Positions 28,300 to 37,742 of a DNA stretch of 64,000 nt are shown here, in pieces. The stretch comes from Candidatus Latescibacterota bacterium. Its GTDB lineage: Bacteria > Latescibacterota > UBA2968 > UBA8231. Each line of letters opens with the position of its first letter. The stretch's first letter is position 1. Where the stretch lies: the NCBI GenBank assembly GCA_965203175.1, contig OZ241867.1:4736001-4800000 (forward strand). The letters run 5' to 3'. Made by a program: the position numbers and the translations under genes. The notes beneath the pieces are model-generated. The model was not told the DNA's origin and searched no databases. It was given only the letters and a program-made list of their open reading frames with translations.

Positions 28300-29757
28300 A
28301 TGAATATCGCGCTCATTGTAATTGATACCCTCCGCTACGATTATATCGGTGCAAACGGCAATCCCTGGATCGAAACGCCGAATATCGACCGCTTTGCAGC
28401 AAAAGCATGGGCATTTGACCGCGCCTTCTGCGCTAGCTTCCCAACGATCCCGTACCGAACTGATGTCATAACCGGTCAGTACGGAGGCCCCTTCCATCCG
28501 TGGCAGCCGCTGCGCCACGAACGGCAGACCCTCCCCTCGACACTTGCCGAACGCGGCTATGCCACGCAACTGATCCACGACACCCCACACCTGGTCAACG
28601 GCGGCCACAACTTCGATTGGCCGTTTCACGCGTGGACGTTCATCCATGGGGCTGAAGTTGATCGCGACTGGATCGACGATTCCGCGGCCTGGCCGGACAA
28701 CTGGTGCCACCAACCGATGTTTGCCTGCCTCGGCGAAAACGCCGCGAGAAGCGGGCCCCTCCAGACCTACGCTCGGGCGAACCGCAACCGCAAAAAGCCG
28801 GAGGATTGGAACTGCGCAAAGTTGTTCAGCAGCGCGGCCCAATTCCTCAAAGACAATGCGCAGCGCGAGAATTTCTTCCTCTGGGTGGATTGTTTCGATC
28901 CCCACGAACCGTGGGATGCACCACCCGAGTTTATGAAAAAATACGACGCGCGGTCGGACTACGATGGGCGCGTTGACCCACGCAGCTTCTTCGGCGGGCG
29001 GAACAACAAAGACCTCCCCGCCGAGGCCAAGGAACACATCAAAGCGCAATACCCAGCGAAATTGACCTGGATGGACCACTGTTTTGGGCAATTTTTGGAC
29101 GCGCTCGAATCCACCGGGCTCGACCGGAACACGGCAGTCATCTTAACCGGCGACCACGGCACCAACGTCGGAGAGCGCGGCACTTTTGGCAAAGGGCAAC
29201 CAGTGCGCGAGGCCGAAGCGCATGTCCCGCTCTTCATCCGAATGCCAGATGGCGATACCGGACGGAGCGATGTTATTGTGCAACCGCAAGACTTCTTCTC
29301 CACCATCCTCGCAATCCTCGGCGAAACGGAACCGGAAGGCATTGAAGGCTGTGATATTTTAACCCCCGCCCGGCGCGGTGAAGGTGGCGAGCGGCAGCTC
29401 GCATTGGCAGGTGGGAGCCTTGAACGCTGGAATCAAGCCGAGCAGAATCCGAACTTCGTCTTCTTCACCGCCTTTGACAAAACCTGGAGCCTCGAAGTCG
29501 CCGCGCAGCCGGAACACTCGCGCTTGGCGCGACTTGGTTCGTTGGACTACGTTGAGCAGGCGCAGCCAGAGGTCGTCACTGCAATGCACGCCGCGGCAAT
29601 TGATGAACTCGAACGCCGCGGCACGGACCCCGGATTAATCGCTTGGCTCCGCAACGGCGGCGAAGGCGAACTGCCCGCTAATGCCCAATACTGGGACGGG
29701 TATCCCGGCCCAGCCGGTTTTAAGCCCTACTTTTCCAAACTCTACACTGACAGTTGA
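28300..29757 (+). CDS. Sulfatase/alkaline-phosphatase superfamily hydrolase with Thr at the nucleophile position
   Basis: IDTLRYD, TPNIDRFA, PTIPYR, DPHEPW, TGDHG. Confidence 0.87.
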   Translation: MNIALIVIDTLRYDYIGANGNPWIETPNIDRFAAKAWAFDRAFCASFPTIPYRTDVITGQYGGPFHPWQPLRHERQTLPSTLAERGYATQLIHDTPHLVNGGHNFDWPFHAWTFIHGAEVDRDWIDDSAAWPDNWCHQPMFACLGENAARSGPLQTYARANRNRKKPEDWNCAKLFSSAAQFLKDNAQRENFFLWVDCFDPHEPWDAPPEFMKKYDARSDYDGRVDPRSFFGGRNNKDLPAEAKEHIKAQYPAKLTWMDHCFGQFLDALESTGLDRNTAVILTGDHGTNVGERGTFGKGQPVREAEAHVPLFIRMPDGDTGRSDVIVQPQDFFSTILAILGETEPEGIEGCDILTPARRGEGGERQLALAGGSLERWNQAEQNPNFVFFTAFDKTWSLEVAAQPEHSRLARLGSLDYVEQAQPEVVTAMHAAAIDELERRGTDPGLIAWLRNGGEGELPANAQYWDGYPGPAGFKPYFSKLYTDS

Positions 29758-29771
29758 TAAAGGAGAACATT

Positions 29772-30821
29772 ATGCCGCGTACCTATAGAGCCTGCTTGAT
29801 CGGATGTGGACGGATGGGCGCGACCATTGACGACGAAGTCGAAGGCCGTCCGGATCGCTATCTGTGGCAACCGTTCTCGCACGCCGCAGCCGCTGTCGCC
29901 TGCGACAGAACCGACCTCGTCGCGGTTTCAGACGTGATCGCCGAGAAAGCGGAGTCCATCCGGCAACGCTACGGTGCCGAGCGCGCCTACACCGATTATC
30001 GCCAGATGATTGAAAAGGAGCAGCCGGACATCGTCTGCATCGCCACCCGACCCGGGCCGCACGCGGACATCACGGTTTTCGCCGCTGAAAACAACGTCAG
30101 GGGCATCTACTGCGAAAAGCCGCTCTGCTGTTCGATGGAGGAAGCGGATGCGATGGTCGCCGTCGTCCAAAAGTACGGAGTCAAATTCAACTACGGTACG
30201 CAACGCCGCTATATGCCGGTCTATCGCAAGGTACGAGAGTTGGTGGATGCCGGTGAAATAGGCAATATCCAATGTACGATCGCACAATACGGCGCGAGTT
30301 CAGCGCTCTGGGGCTTGACGCACGCCGCCGACATGCTGCTCTTCCTCGCCAGCGACCCAGAAGTCGATTTCGTCCAGGGAACCATCGTCTGTAGCGATGC
30401 GGATTGGGATGGCAATCGGCTGGACGTCGATCCGGCGATTACCAGTGGCTACGTCTGTTTTGCCAATGGCGTCCACGGCTATAACACCGCGGGTACCGGT
30501 CCTGAATTCGAGGTCTGCGGCAGCGAAGGGAAGATCCGCATCCTCAACAACAGCCGAGAATGCCAATTCCGCAAAAAGAGCCACACCTTTTTTGAAGAGG
30601 TACCGTTCCCAGACGTACCCCGCACCACCGGAACAGTGATGGGCATCGCAGACATCGCAGAGGCGATAGATACGGACCGCGAGACAAAGGGGCCGGTTCA
30701 CCTCGCTCGCCGGAGCCAAGAGATGTTGATGGGCATGATCGAGTCACACCGATTGGGCGGGCAACGCGTCGCGCTCCCAATGACCAATCGGAGCCTGTAC
30801 GTCGGCCGCCGAGATTGGTAA
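29772..30821 (+). CDS. Gfo/Idh/MocA family oxidoreductase
   Basis: LIGCGRMG, YCEKPL, GSEG; start MPRTY after AAGGAG. Confidence 0.9.
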   Translation: MPRTYRACLIGCGRMGATIDDEVEGRPDRYLWQPFSHAAAAVACDRTDLVAVSDVIAEKAESIRQRYGAERAYTDYRQMIEKEQPDIVCIATRPGPHADITVFAAENNVRGIYCEKPLCCSMEEADAMVAVVQKYGVKFNYGTQRRYMPVYRKVRELVDAGEIGNIQCTIAQYGASSALWGLTHAADMLLFLASDPEVDFVQGTIVCSDADWDGNRLDVDPAITSGYVCFANGVHGYNTAGTGPEFEVCGSEGKIRILNNSRECQFRKKSHTFFEEVPFPDVPRTTGTVMGIADIAEAIDTDRETKGPVHLARRSQEMLMGMIESHRLGGQRVALPMTNRSLYVGRRDW

Positions 30822-30962
30822 TTGAAACGGATGTCGCACACCTTTTGGCACGCGCTCCCCTTCCTCATTTTCAGCACGTGAAACGAGAATAAATGACTTG
30901 CAAGGGTTGACTAGGTTTCATGGGATTCTGACAATTTTGATAAAGCCTAAGAAAGGGGCAGG

Positions 30963-32312
30963 ATGGAGCACAGGGTAGCGCAGGCGTCGTTGTTCAATGA
31001 GAAGGATGCGGCGGATAAGGGATCAGTCTTCAGCGACCCGGCCTTTTCCGGCAACAAGCGCCTTCCCATCCATCGATGGGTGCCGTGGATTGCCGGATAC
31101 TCCCAGCAGTTTGTCCAAGACGCCCTCAAGCGCTATCTGCCAACTCAGGGGACAGTGCTCGATCCTTTCGCTGGAGTAGGAACGACCTTGGTCGAAGCCA
31201 TACTCTCAGGTCATCAGGCCCTAGGATTTGAGATCAATCCTTATGCGGCGCTAGCCTGCCGTACCAAGCTAAATGCCTGCACCCTCGATCCACAGACCGT
31301 GCGGGCAATGCTCACGAGGTTCTGGACGTTCTACGAGTCGGCGGCTGACGACGCTTACACACCACACAGTACCCCGCCCCCAGGTTTTAAAACCCGAGGC
31401 TCATTCTACAGCCCTAAAGTCTTGCACAAAGTCCTCGGCGTGCAGGACTTCATAGCGGAACTAGAAGAGGGCCTGTTGCAAGACCTCTTTCGGGTTGCCT
31501 TTGGGGCCACCATGATCACCTACTCAAACTACTCATACGAGCCGAGTTTGGGCCGCAGGTCTACGGCTGGCAAAGCCGATATTGAAGATTTTCCCGTGGG
31601 CGAGACGATTGCACAGAAGCTCACGGATATGGCCCAAGATATCGAGTGGATGAGAGGACAGTTGAACGGCGAGCATCCTGACAACGAGGTATTTCCCGAA
31701 TCTTTTTTTACCTGCAAGGACCACCTTGCCGCCGATTCAGTAGATGTGCTCATCACTTCACCCCCCTATCTGAACAACTATCACTACAACCGCAATACCC
31801 GGCCTCATCTCTATTGGTTGGGATTTGCAGAGGCTCCCCGCGACCTCAAGCCGCTAGAAGAGCAAAATTTTGGCAAATTCTGGCAAACGGTCCGGGATCA
31901 GGAGTGCGTGGGTCTCAGCTTTGACCTAGATGATTCAGAAATTCAAGGATGCTTGGAGACGCTGCGAAAAAAACATCCGGAAAAAGGCGTGTACGGCGGC
32001 AACGGCTGGGCCAATTACGCCGCCTCGTACTTCAACGATTGCTACCGCTTCTCCGAATCAGCCCATTACGCGCTCAAGTCAGGAGGGACAGCCTTGGTGG
32101 TAATCGGCAACAGCATCCTGCAAGGGATAATGGTGCCTACGGATCGCTTTCTGGGTACAATCGCTGAGGCCGTCGGCCTAGACCTAGTAGACATCCACAT
32201 ACCCAGAGCCACCCGCGTGGGCAACAGCATAATCCAGTCCGAGGTACGAGTCGCCAAGGCCAAAGACGCTCACCAACTCTATGAGGCTGTGGTGGAACTA
32301 CGAAAGCCTTAG
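30963..32312 (+). CDS. Amino-DNA methyltransferase, probably N4-cytosine, alpha motif order
   Basis: Motif I VLDPFAGVGTT near N-terminus, motif IV ITSPPY downstream, VVIGNS. Confidence 0.88.
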   Translation: MEHRVAQASLFNEKDAADKGSVFSDPAFSGNKRLPIHRWVPWIAGYSQQFVQDALKRYLPTQGTVLDPFAGVGTTLVEAILSGHQALGFEINPYAALACRTKLNACTLDPQTVRAMLTRFWTFYESAADDAYTPHSTPPPGFKTRGSFYSPKVLHKVLGVQDFIAELEEGLLQDLFRVAFGATMITYSNYSYEPSLGRRSTAGKADIEDFPVGETIAQKLTDMAQDIEWMRGQLNGEHPDNEVFPESFFTCKDHLAADSVDVLITSPPYLNNYHYNRNTRPHLYWLGFAEAPRDLKPLEEQNFGKFWQTVRDQECVGLSFDLDDSEIQGCLETLRKKHPEKGVYGGNGWANYAASYFNDCYRFSESAHYALKSGGTALVVIGNSILQGIMVPTDRFLGTIAEAVGLDLVDIHIPRATRVGNSIIQSEVRVAKAKDAHQLYEAVVELRKP

Positions 32313-32923
32313 CTCTGAATTTCGGCGATGATACTCTCCAATTGAGGCTCTGGGCCAGAGAGGCGGTCGGCCCAACTCCTACCTCGATGCAGTACATCCC
32401 ATTCGGAACGGGCTTGGTTATAGCGGCCTTTGCCCGGGTCGTGGTTGCCGAACCCATCCACGACGGTATTCCACAACGGGGTGTAAGTGCGTATCAATTC
32501 GGACTCCACCGCTGAAATCAGATCCGTTTCGACGCCGTTGAGGATCATGAAGCGGCAACAGAAATCACGTACCTCCAGATTCTCAACGCTAGCGATAGAG
32601 CGGGCGTGTTCCTGTAGGCGTTGATAGAGCGCCTTGTCTTGGTCCGTGTGAGCGGTTCGGGCTGTCCGCCAGCCGGCAGGCACGGCCTTACCTATGTAGA
32701 TGGGCTGGCGGCAATCCTGCTGGTTTTGGCGGGCAATATGGCTGTAATAGTCAAAGGAGCCGAGATAATAGAGGGCGTAAACGCCGACCCCGGCAAAGTC
32801 GGTAGCAGGTGGTAAGAAATGAACCGGAGTTTTGGTGAGAAATTCGACAGCTTCCTTGACTACACTCTTGAATTTCGGCGAGCGGAAGGTATGCCGGTCG
32901 GGATTTACTGATGGCAGGGACAT
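32309..32923 (-). CDS. Eco29kI-family GIY-YIG restriction endonuclease
   Basis: GVYALYY...PIYIGKA, RLQEH, E in AVESELI, PLWN..DGFGNHDPGKGR, WDVLH; convergent with MTase (4-bp overlap). Confidence 0.92.
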   Translation of the reverse strand: MSLPSVNPDRHTFRSPKFKSVVKEAVEFLTKTPVHFLPPATDFAGVGVYALYYLGSFDYYSHIARQNQQDCRQPIYIGKAVPAGWRTARTAHTDQDKALYQRLQEHARSIASVENLEVRDFCCRFMILNGVETDLISAVESELIRTYTPLWNTVVDGFGNHDPGKGRYNQARSEWDVLHRGRSWADRLSGPEPQLESIIAEIQS

Positions 32924-32962
32924 AGTTTCAGGGATTCAAGAGGAACGTTATAGGACAAAATT

Positions 32963-33991
32963 TCACTCCCACACCCGCTCCTCCAGCACCCCTTCGCACT
33001 CCCGCCCATCCTCAAAGACCACCCGCACCTCCACCTGCTGCCGGTCAAAATCGGCCGGCAACTCCCACAGATGCGTCGCCAGATCGCGAGACGATTCGGC
33101 CAGCGGATCGATCCGCGCTAATGGCCCCAAGTCCCCCACCTCGACCTGCGTGCGCGGCGAACCATCGAACACATTGACAAAGCGACGCCCCAAAGCCTGA
33201 TGTAGGCACAATTCCACTGCCTCATCTTGGTGCGGCTGGAAAGCGTGGTACTGGTTACTGAATCCTCCTTCCGCATCGACCTCAACTACCCGATACCCCT
33301 GCGGTTCGCGTCCTTGCGGGCCGCGGCTTTCCACCCCCGTCTTCCACCAATTGCCCGACACCGCCGCGGTGGTCATAACCTCCATAGCACCGACGAAGTG
33401 GCGATCATTTTCATGGTGGTGGCCGTGCAAGGTGATCACCCGTTCAAAGGGCTGCAATAGCGTCAGCAAGCGCCGCGCCCCGGCAATCTCATTGGTGGGA
33501 AAGGCCATATCAGGTGCCTGACCCGAGCGCTGGGGAAAAGTCGTCGATACCGGCACATGACTGGCCACCACCAGCGGCGCGGCCCGATCCAGCCCCGCCA
33601 AATCCGCAGCCAGCCACTCCAACAGCCCCTCGTCGGCCAAGACGTGCCAGTTGGACGGATGATCCTCGGTCGGCTCGAAATAGCGCACCACGTCCAGCAG
33701 CACAAAGTGGACGCCGCCAATATCGGCGCTGGCGTGCACCGTCCCCCCTTGTTCCCGGGGCAGATAGCCGCTGCACATCTCGTGGTTGCCGTGGCTCAAT
33801 AGCACCGGCACAGATACCCTCTCCATGGTTTGGGCGTATTGCGCTAGCGCCTCGGACGTGAGGCCCACGTCGCCGCCATTGATCAGGACTTCAGGCTGAT
33901 GCTCCAGCATGGATTCCACACACAACTCAAATCCCCGAAAGGCGTCTATCCCGGAGTCGAGGTGAATGTCGGTAAAGTAGATGAATTTCAT
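32963..33991 (-). CDS. Calcineurin-like metallophosphoesterase
   Basis: DIH, GGD, GNHE, HVP, GHHH motifs. Confidence 0.9.
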   Translation of the reverse strand: MKFIYFTDIHLDSGIDAFRGFELCVESMLEHQPEVLINGGDVGLTSEALAQYAQTMERVSVPVLLSHGNHEMCSGYLPREQGGTVHASADIGGVHFVLLDVVRYFEPTEDHPSNWHVLADEGLLEWLAADLAGLDRAAPLVVASHVPVSTTFPQRSGQAPDMAFPTNEIAGARRLLTLLQPFERVITLHGHHHENDRHFVGAMEVMTTAAVSGNWWKTGVESRGPQGREPQGYRVVEVDAEGGFSNQYHAFQPHQDEAVELCLHQALGRRFVNVFDGSPRTQVEVGDLGPLARIDPLAESSRDLATHLWELPADFDRQQVEVRVVFEDGRECEGVLEERVWE

Positions 33992-33995
33992 TGGG

Positions 33996-34589
33996 TTATT
34001 CCTTAAGAAGCGTTCCTAAAATTGTTTTCGGGCGGCTTTTGAGCCATCCCCAAGACCGATCTTCAACCGACGTAGAAGCGGTTGCCGGATAAAAGCCAGA
34101 ACCTAAGACAAAATCTTGGCCGAGGGCAGAATAGGGAATAGCATAGCTCACTTTAGGCGAGCCGGTGTCCCCTTCTATCTCTGGATGGGGCCAAAGGTAC
34201 TCGACAAAGCCACCGCCTTGAGCCGCCGCAGCAATGAGTTCTTGGGTCATTTTGACGCCGTTGGCGTCTTCAAGATCGTAGATGTTTTGGCCTTCAAGGT
34301 CTGGATTGGCTCCGTTAAGGATTAGGAGCCCATCGGTCGTCCCAGCAAAGAGGTAGATAGATCCCTGCTTCCAAACCCCTTCGGTTCTGAATTCCTGCAA
34401 GATAGCCAGATACTCGGAAAGGCTTGTGGCGTTGTCCAAGTACGCCTTCGCCGCATGCACAAAGGCTTTCAGGGTTTCCCGATCCACCACATCGCCGGCT
34501 GTTACCTCCGGGTCTTGAGCGATGGCGGGATACGCGGCGGGCAAGAGGATGGTTAATGCCATAATGAGTACTGCTGTTAGGTGTTTCAC
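33996..34589 (-). CDS. Secreted stand-alone single Cache domain protein with C-terminal SWGWLK motif
   Basis: GTG start after AAGGAG; signal peptide; YLF...NPDLEGQN...DANG...GGGFVEYLWP...KVSY...GSGFY. Confidence 0.83.
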   Translation of the reverse strand: MKHLTAVLIMALTILLPAAYPAIAQDPEVTAGDVVDRETLKAFVHAAKAYLDNATSLSEYLAILQEFRTEGVWKQGSIYLFAGTTDGLLILNGANPDLEGQNIYDLEDANGVKMTQELIAAAAQGGGFVEYLWPHPEIEGDTGSPKVSYAIPYSALGQDFVLGSGFYPATASTSVEDRSWGWLKSRPKTILGTLLKE

Positions 34590-34848
34590 GACGACTCTCC
34601 TTTTTGAAAAGCCAAGCGGCGGTCTTGCTCTCTCAACATTTCTTCGCTGTACGCCAAGCGCGTGTTGATCTGGCATCTCCTTTCCAAATTGGATGGACAC
34701 GGCTCTTCCTTTTTCTTGCTCACTTCAGTATATAAACTTACCCTGCAAACGCAATTGCTTCCGGTCGATGCACAAGCGGATTGCATGACGGCTCCGGCTG
34801 GAACAAGCTCTCCGAACGGCAGCTTTTACCTGTGGAAGTGAGGATTGT

Positions 34849-35670
34849 ATGACCTTCGCCCGCGTCTCCCGTCCCGCTCTTTTCCAAGCCCCTCTAAGTC
34901 GAGGCATCGCCACCGTCCTCGGCCCCCAAGGCTTGCGTCTGACTGGTCTGACCAGCTTTCACCTCGACGAGGGGCCCGACTTTGCTTGGCTCAATATCTA
35001 CCGCACCCTAGCCGACGGCCGCCAACTCGAAATTACGCGCGAGCGCACCCCAGATCAGGTGGCCCAAGAAGGCGATAGCGTCGCGGTGCGCTGGGCGGCC
35101 TGCCCTGAGGTGCAAGCCGAATTGCAGGCGCACTACCGCATCGCTGGACCCGATAGTCTCGACGCCACCTTCAGCGCCCACCTAGCAGCCGATTACCGAC
35201 GTTTTGAATTCTTTATCGCCAATTATTTTACTCCCCACTACACGCCGTACTTTCCCGTGCAGTACGACCGCACCCACCCCGAAGGCGTCACTTGGTACCA
35301 AAAGCAGTGGTACGGCCACAATGAGGCCGAATCGTGGGCGCGCGATGAAGATGCTGAAGCCGTGTTTCGCGACGGCCGCTGGCTCGACGGCTATCCTCTC
35401 AACTGGCGTCGGGGACCGTACTACGCCCACGCCCTGACTCTGCAAGAGCATCGCTACGGCCACGCTATTCTGCTCATGGCCCGGCCCACCGACTGCCTGG
35501 GCCTGTCGGGTTACAACAGCTACCACAACGCCCAGTACTTCCACTTGGGAGGCAACGACGTCCAAGCCGGCCAACACCTGACGTTCACCATTCGCTTGGT
35601 GTTATTGACCGAGTGGGACGATCTGCAGGCAGAGGCCTTGGCGCACTATCATCAGTGGATGGAGGAATAG
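34849..35670 (+). CDS. Hypothetical protein
   Basis: 273-aa ORF with GAGG RBS; 7 bp upstream of next gene. Confidence 0.75.
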   Translation: MTFARVSRPALFQAPLSRGIATVLGPQGLRLTGLTSFHLDEGPDFAWLNIYRTLADGRQLEITRERTPDQVAQEGDSVAVRWAACPEVQAELQAHYRIAGPDSLDATFSAHLAADYRRFEFFIANYFTPHYTPYFPVQYDRTHPEGVTWYQKQWYGHNEAESWARDEDAEAVFRDGRWLDGYPLNWRRGPYYAHALTLQEHRYGHAILLMARPTDCLGLSGYNSYHNAQYFHLGGNDVQAGQHLTFTIRLVLLTEWDDLQAEALAHYHQWMEE

Positions 35671-35677
35671 AGGAATA

Positions 35678-36709
35678 ATGGCACTGCTCAAACTAGGCGT
35701 CGTCGGCTGCGGTTGGGCCGGCCAACAGACCATCAAGGCGGCTCAGGCCAGTTCCCTGGTCGATGTCGTCGCCTTGGCCGATCTGGACGAACCGCGCCGC
35801 AGCCGCGTCGCCAGCGAAGAAGGCGTACCGCACCAATACGGCCCCTACCAAGACCTGCTGGCCGACGACCAAGTCCAGGCCGTGCTCCTAGCCGTCAATC
35901 CGCCAGCCCGCTACCCCATGGTCGTGGATGCTTTTGCCGCTGGCAAACACGTCTTGGTGCAAAAGCCGCACGCGGTGCGAGCTGCGCATATCTTGGAATT
36001 CGAAGCGGCGGCCGAGCGCGCCGGCACCACGTTGCAATTCTGCTACTTCATGCGCCACTTTCCCCACAACCGCAAATTGAGCGTCGCAGTACAAGAAGGC
36101 TGCATCGGCGAGCCGTACCACGCCCGCATTTTCCTCAAATTCAATTCGCGTCCGCTGGCCGACAGCTTTGAAAGCTGGACCAATGTGTATGGTCACAAGG
36201 GCGGCGCCCTAGGCCAGCACGCCTCGCACGAACTCGACCTAGCTTGGTGGTGGATGGGCTGTCCCAAGCCGCAGTGGGCCTTTGCCGTCAAGCATACCCT
36301 CGAGTCGCTGTACCACGGCCCCGAGGGCGCGGCCGAGGATTACTTTTCCGGCCTAGTCGGTCTGGAAGGCGACAAGACCATCCAGATAGACTGCTCGCGC
36401 TGGCTGCACTGCGACACCCCCACGACCGTGGAATTGTACGGCAGTGAGGGTGCCTTATCTCAGGGAGTTATATGGCACTGGGAAGACGGACAATTCACCG
36501 CGCGGGAAGCCGCCGCAGAATCGGATATGCCCCACACCCAACCGCCCTCGGAGGGATTGTCTTTCTACCACGAAATCGAACACTTCGCCCGCGCCGTAGC
36601 CGGCCAAGTCAAGGCCGACGTCGATGCCCAAGACGCCTATCACTTCATGCAAATCCTCGATGCCTTATACGACAGCGCCCAATGCCGCGAAAAAGTAATG
36701 ATCGACTGA
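35678..36709 (+). CDS. Gfo/Idh/MocA family oxidoreductase
   Basis: GVVGCGWAG, GKHVLVQKP, HELD, YGSEG. Confidence 0.9.
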   Translation: MALLKLGVVGCGWAGQQTIKAAQASSLVDVVALADLDEPRRSRVASEEGVPHQYGPYQDLLADDQVQAVLLAVNPPARYPMVVDAFAAGKHVLVQKPHAVRAAHILEFEAAAERAGTTLQFCYFMRHFPHNRKLSVAVQEGCIGEPYHARIFLKFNSRPLADSFESWTNVYGHKGGALGQHASHELDLAWWWMGCPKPQWAFAVKHTLESLYHGPEGAAEDYFSGLVGLEGDKTIQIDCSRWLHCDTPTTVELYGSEGALSQGVIWHWEDGQFTAREAAAESDMPHTQPPSEGLSFYHEIEHFARAVAGQVKADVDAQDAYHFMQILDALYDSAQCREKVMID

Positions 36710-36718
36710 AGAAGAAAT

Positions 36719-37363
36719 TCACGGACGCCAACCCGCCTTCAGGTCGCCCCAGGTAGTTTGGACGACAGCAGTAGCATCATCGATGCGGTGAAGTTCCAAG
36801 GTTTCGACCCCACCCTCCTCCGTAGTAGTGAGAAACAAGGAGTCTCCCTCAACAGCATAGGTTCCACTCACCGCAAGTCCAGCAAGCATTTCTTCTTCAT
36901 TGAATCCAGCTAGCAACTCGTCGATAACCGTCTGTTCAGCCTCCGGATAGTCCTCTTCGGAGATTTCGCCCAAGGCCAAGGCCAAACGGGCCATTTCGCG
37001 GATGAATTGAATCACGACCTCGACGACCTTGACCCTCTCACCGCCGATTACATAGTAGGCATTATCTATGTCAACCCAGAGGCTGTCTCCGGCGACTTGG
37101 TAGGTGCCGGTTTGGTGAAAGGAGTCGATGATGAGCGCTTCTGCCCCCGTGGCTTCGTCATCAGCGAAGCCTTCTAGCAACGCGGGACCTTGGTAGATCT
37201 GATTAAAGGTGCCATCCTCCTTAAAGATCAGGTGAACGGTCAGCTCGCCGAGTTCGGCATCAACGATGGTCCCCTCCCAAGTGCCGTGGAGTGCCTCTTC
37301 TTGAGCGGCGAGCGGCAGGGCAAGCAAGCAAAGGAACGCGATAGACGACAGAAGCTGGTGCAT
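36719..37363 (-). CDS. Secreted acidic beta-barrel-like hypothetical protein with C-terminal TWGDLK motif (paralog A)
   Basis: Signal peptide, LHGTWEG, GTYQVAGDSL; paralog of 37743..38405. Confidence 0.82.
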   Translation of the reverse strand: MHQLLSSIAFLCLLALPLAAQEEALHGTWEGTIVDAELGELTVHLIFKEDGTFNQIYQGPALLEGFADDEATGAEALIIDSFHQTGTYQVAGDSLWVDIDNAYYVIGGERVKVVEVVIQFIREMARLALALGEISEEDYPEAEQTVIDELLAGFNEEEMLAGLAVSGTYAVEGDSLFLTTTEEGGVETLELHRIDDATAVVQTTWGDLKAGWRP

Positions 37364-37590
37364 GAAGGCCTCCTTTGAGGAGCACAGTGATAAGAGTACT
37401 CCGAGACGGCATTTATAATCTAAAATAAAGCGGCACGATTTAAGACATTACCGCTTTCTTCCCATCATAAGTGATTCCGTTCATTGACCTAGTGCTATAT
37501 ACAACACCTAAGTTCGGAAAAAGTGTTCCTCTCATTTAGGGGACGGCGAGGCGAGGCACCGTCGTCTAAGTTGGGTTTCTTGCGGTCTAA

Positions 37591-37732
37591 GAAGCTGTCT
37601 GAAACTCCCGTCGGGCCGCCTCAAAGGTCGCCAAGCGACCTTCGCATTGAGCATTTTTCATAGGGAGAGACGCTCGTGACTAGGCCTTTCTCTTCGCGCA
37701 AAGGATGGCACCCGGAGTTTTCAGACGGCTTC
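37591..37732. mobile_element. 142-bp MITE-like element with terminal inverted repeats and TAA target duplication
   Basis: Left end GAAGCTGTCTGAAACTCC; right end reverse-complement GAAGCCGTCTGAAAACTCC; TAA immediately on both sides (37588-37590, 37733-37735). Confidence 0.75.
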
Positions 37733-37742
37733 TAAGGGAAGT

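Noticed and set aside
37720-37729. Reverse complement of Neisseria DNA uptake sequence GCCGTCTGAA
   Set aside because: Single occurrence noticed, explained as part of the MITE terminal repeat.
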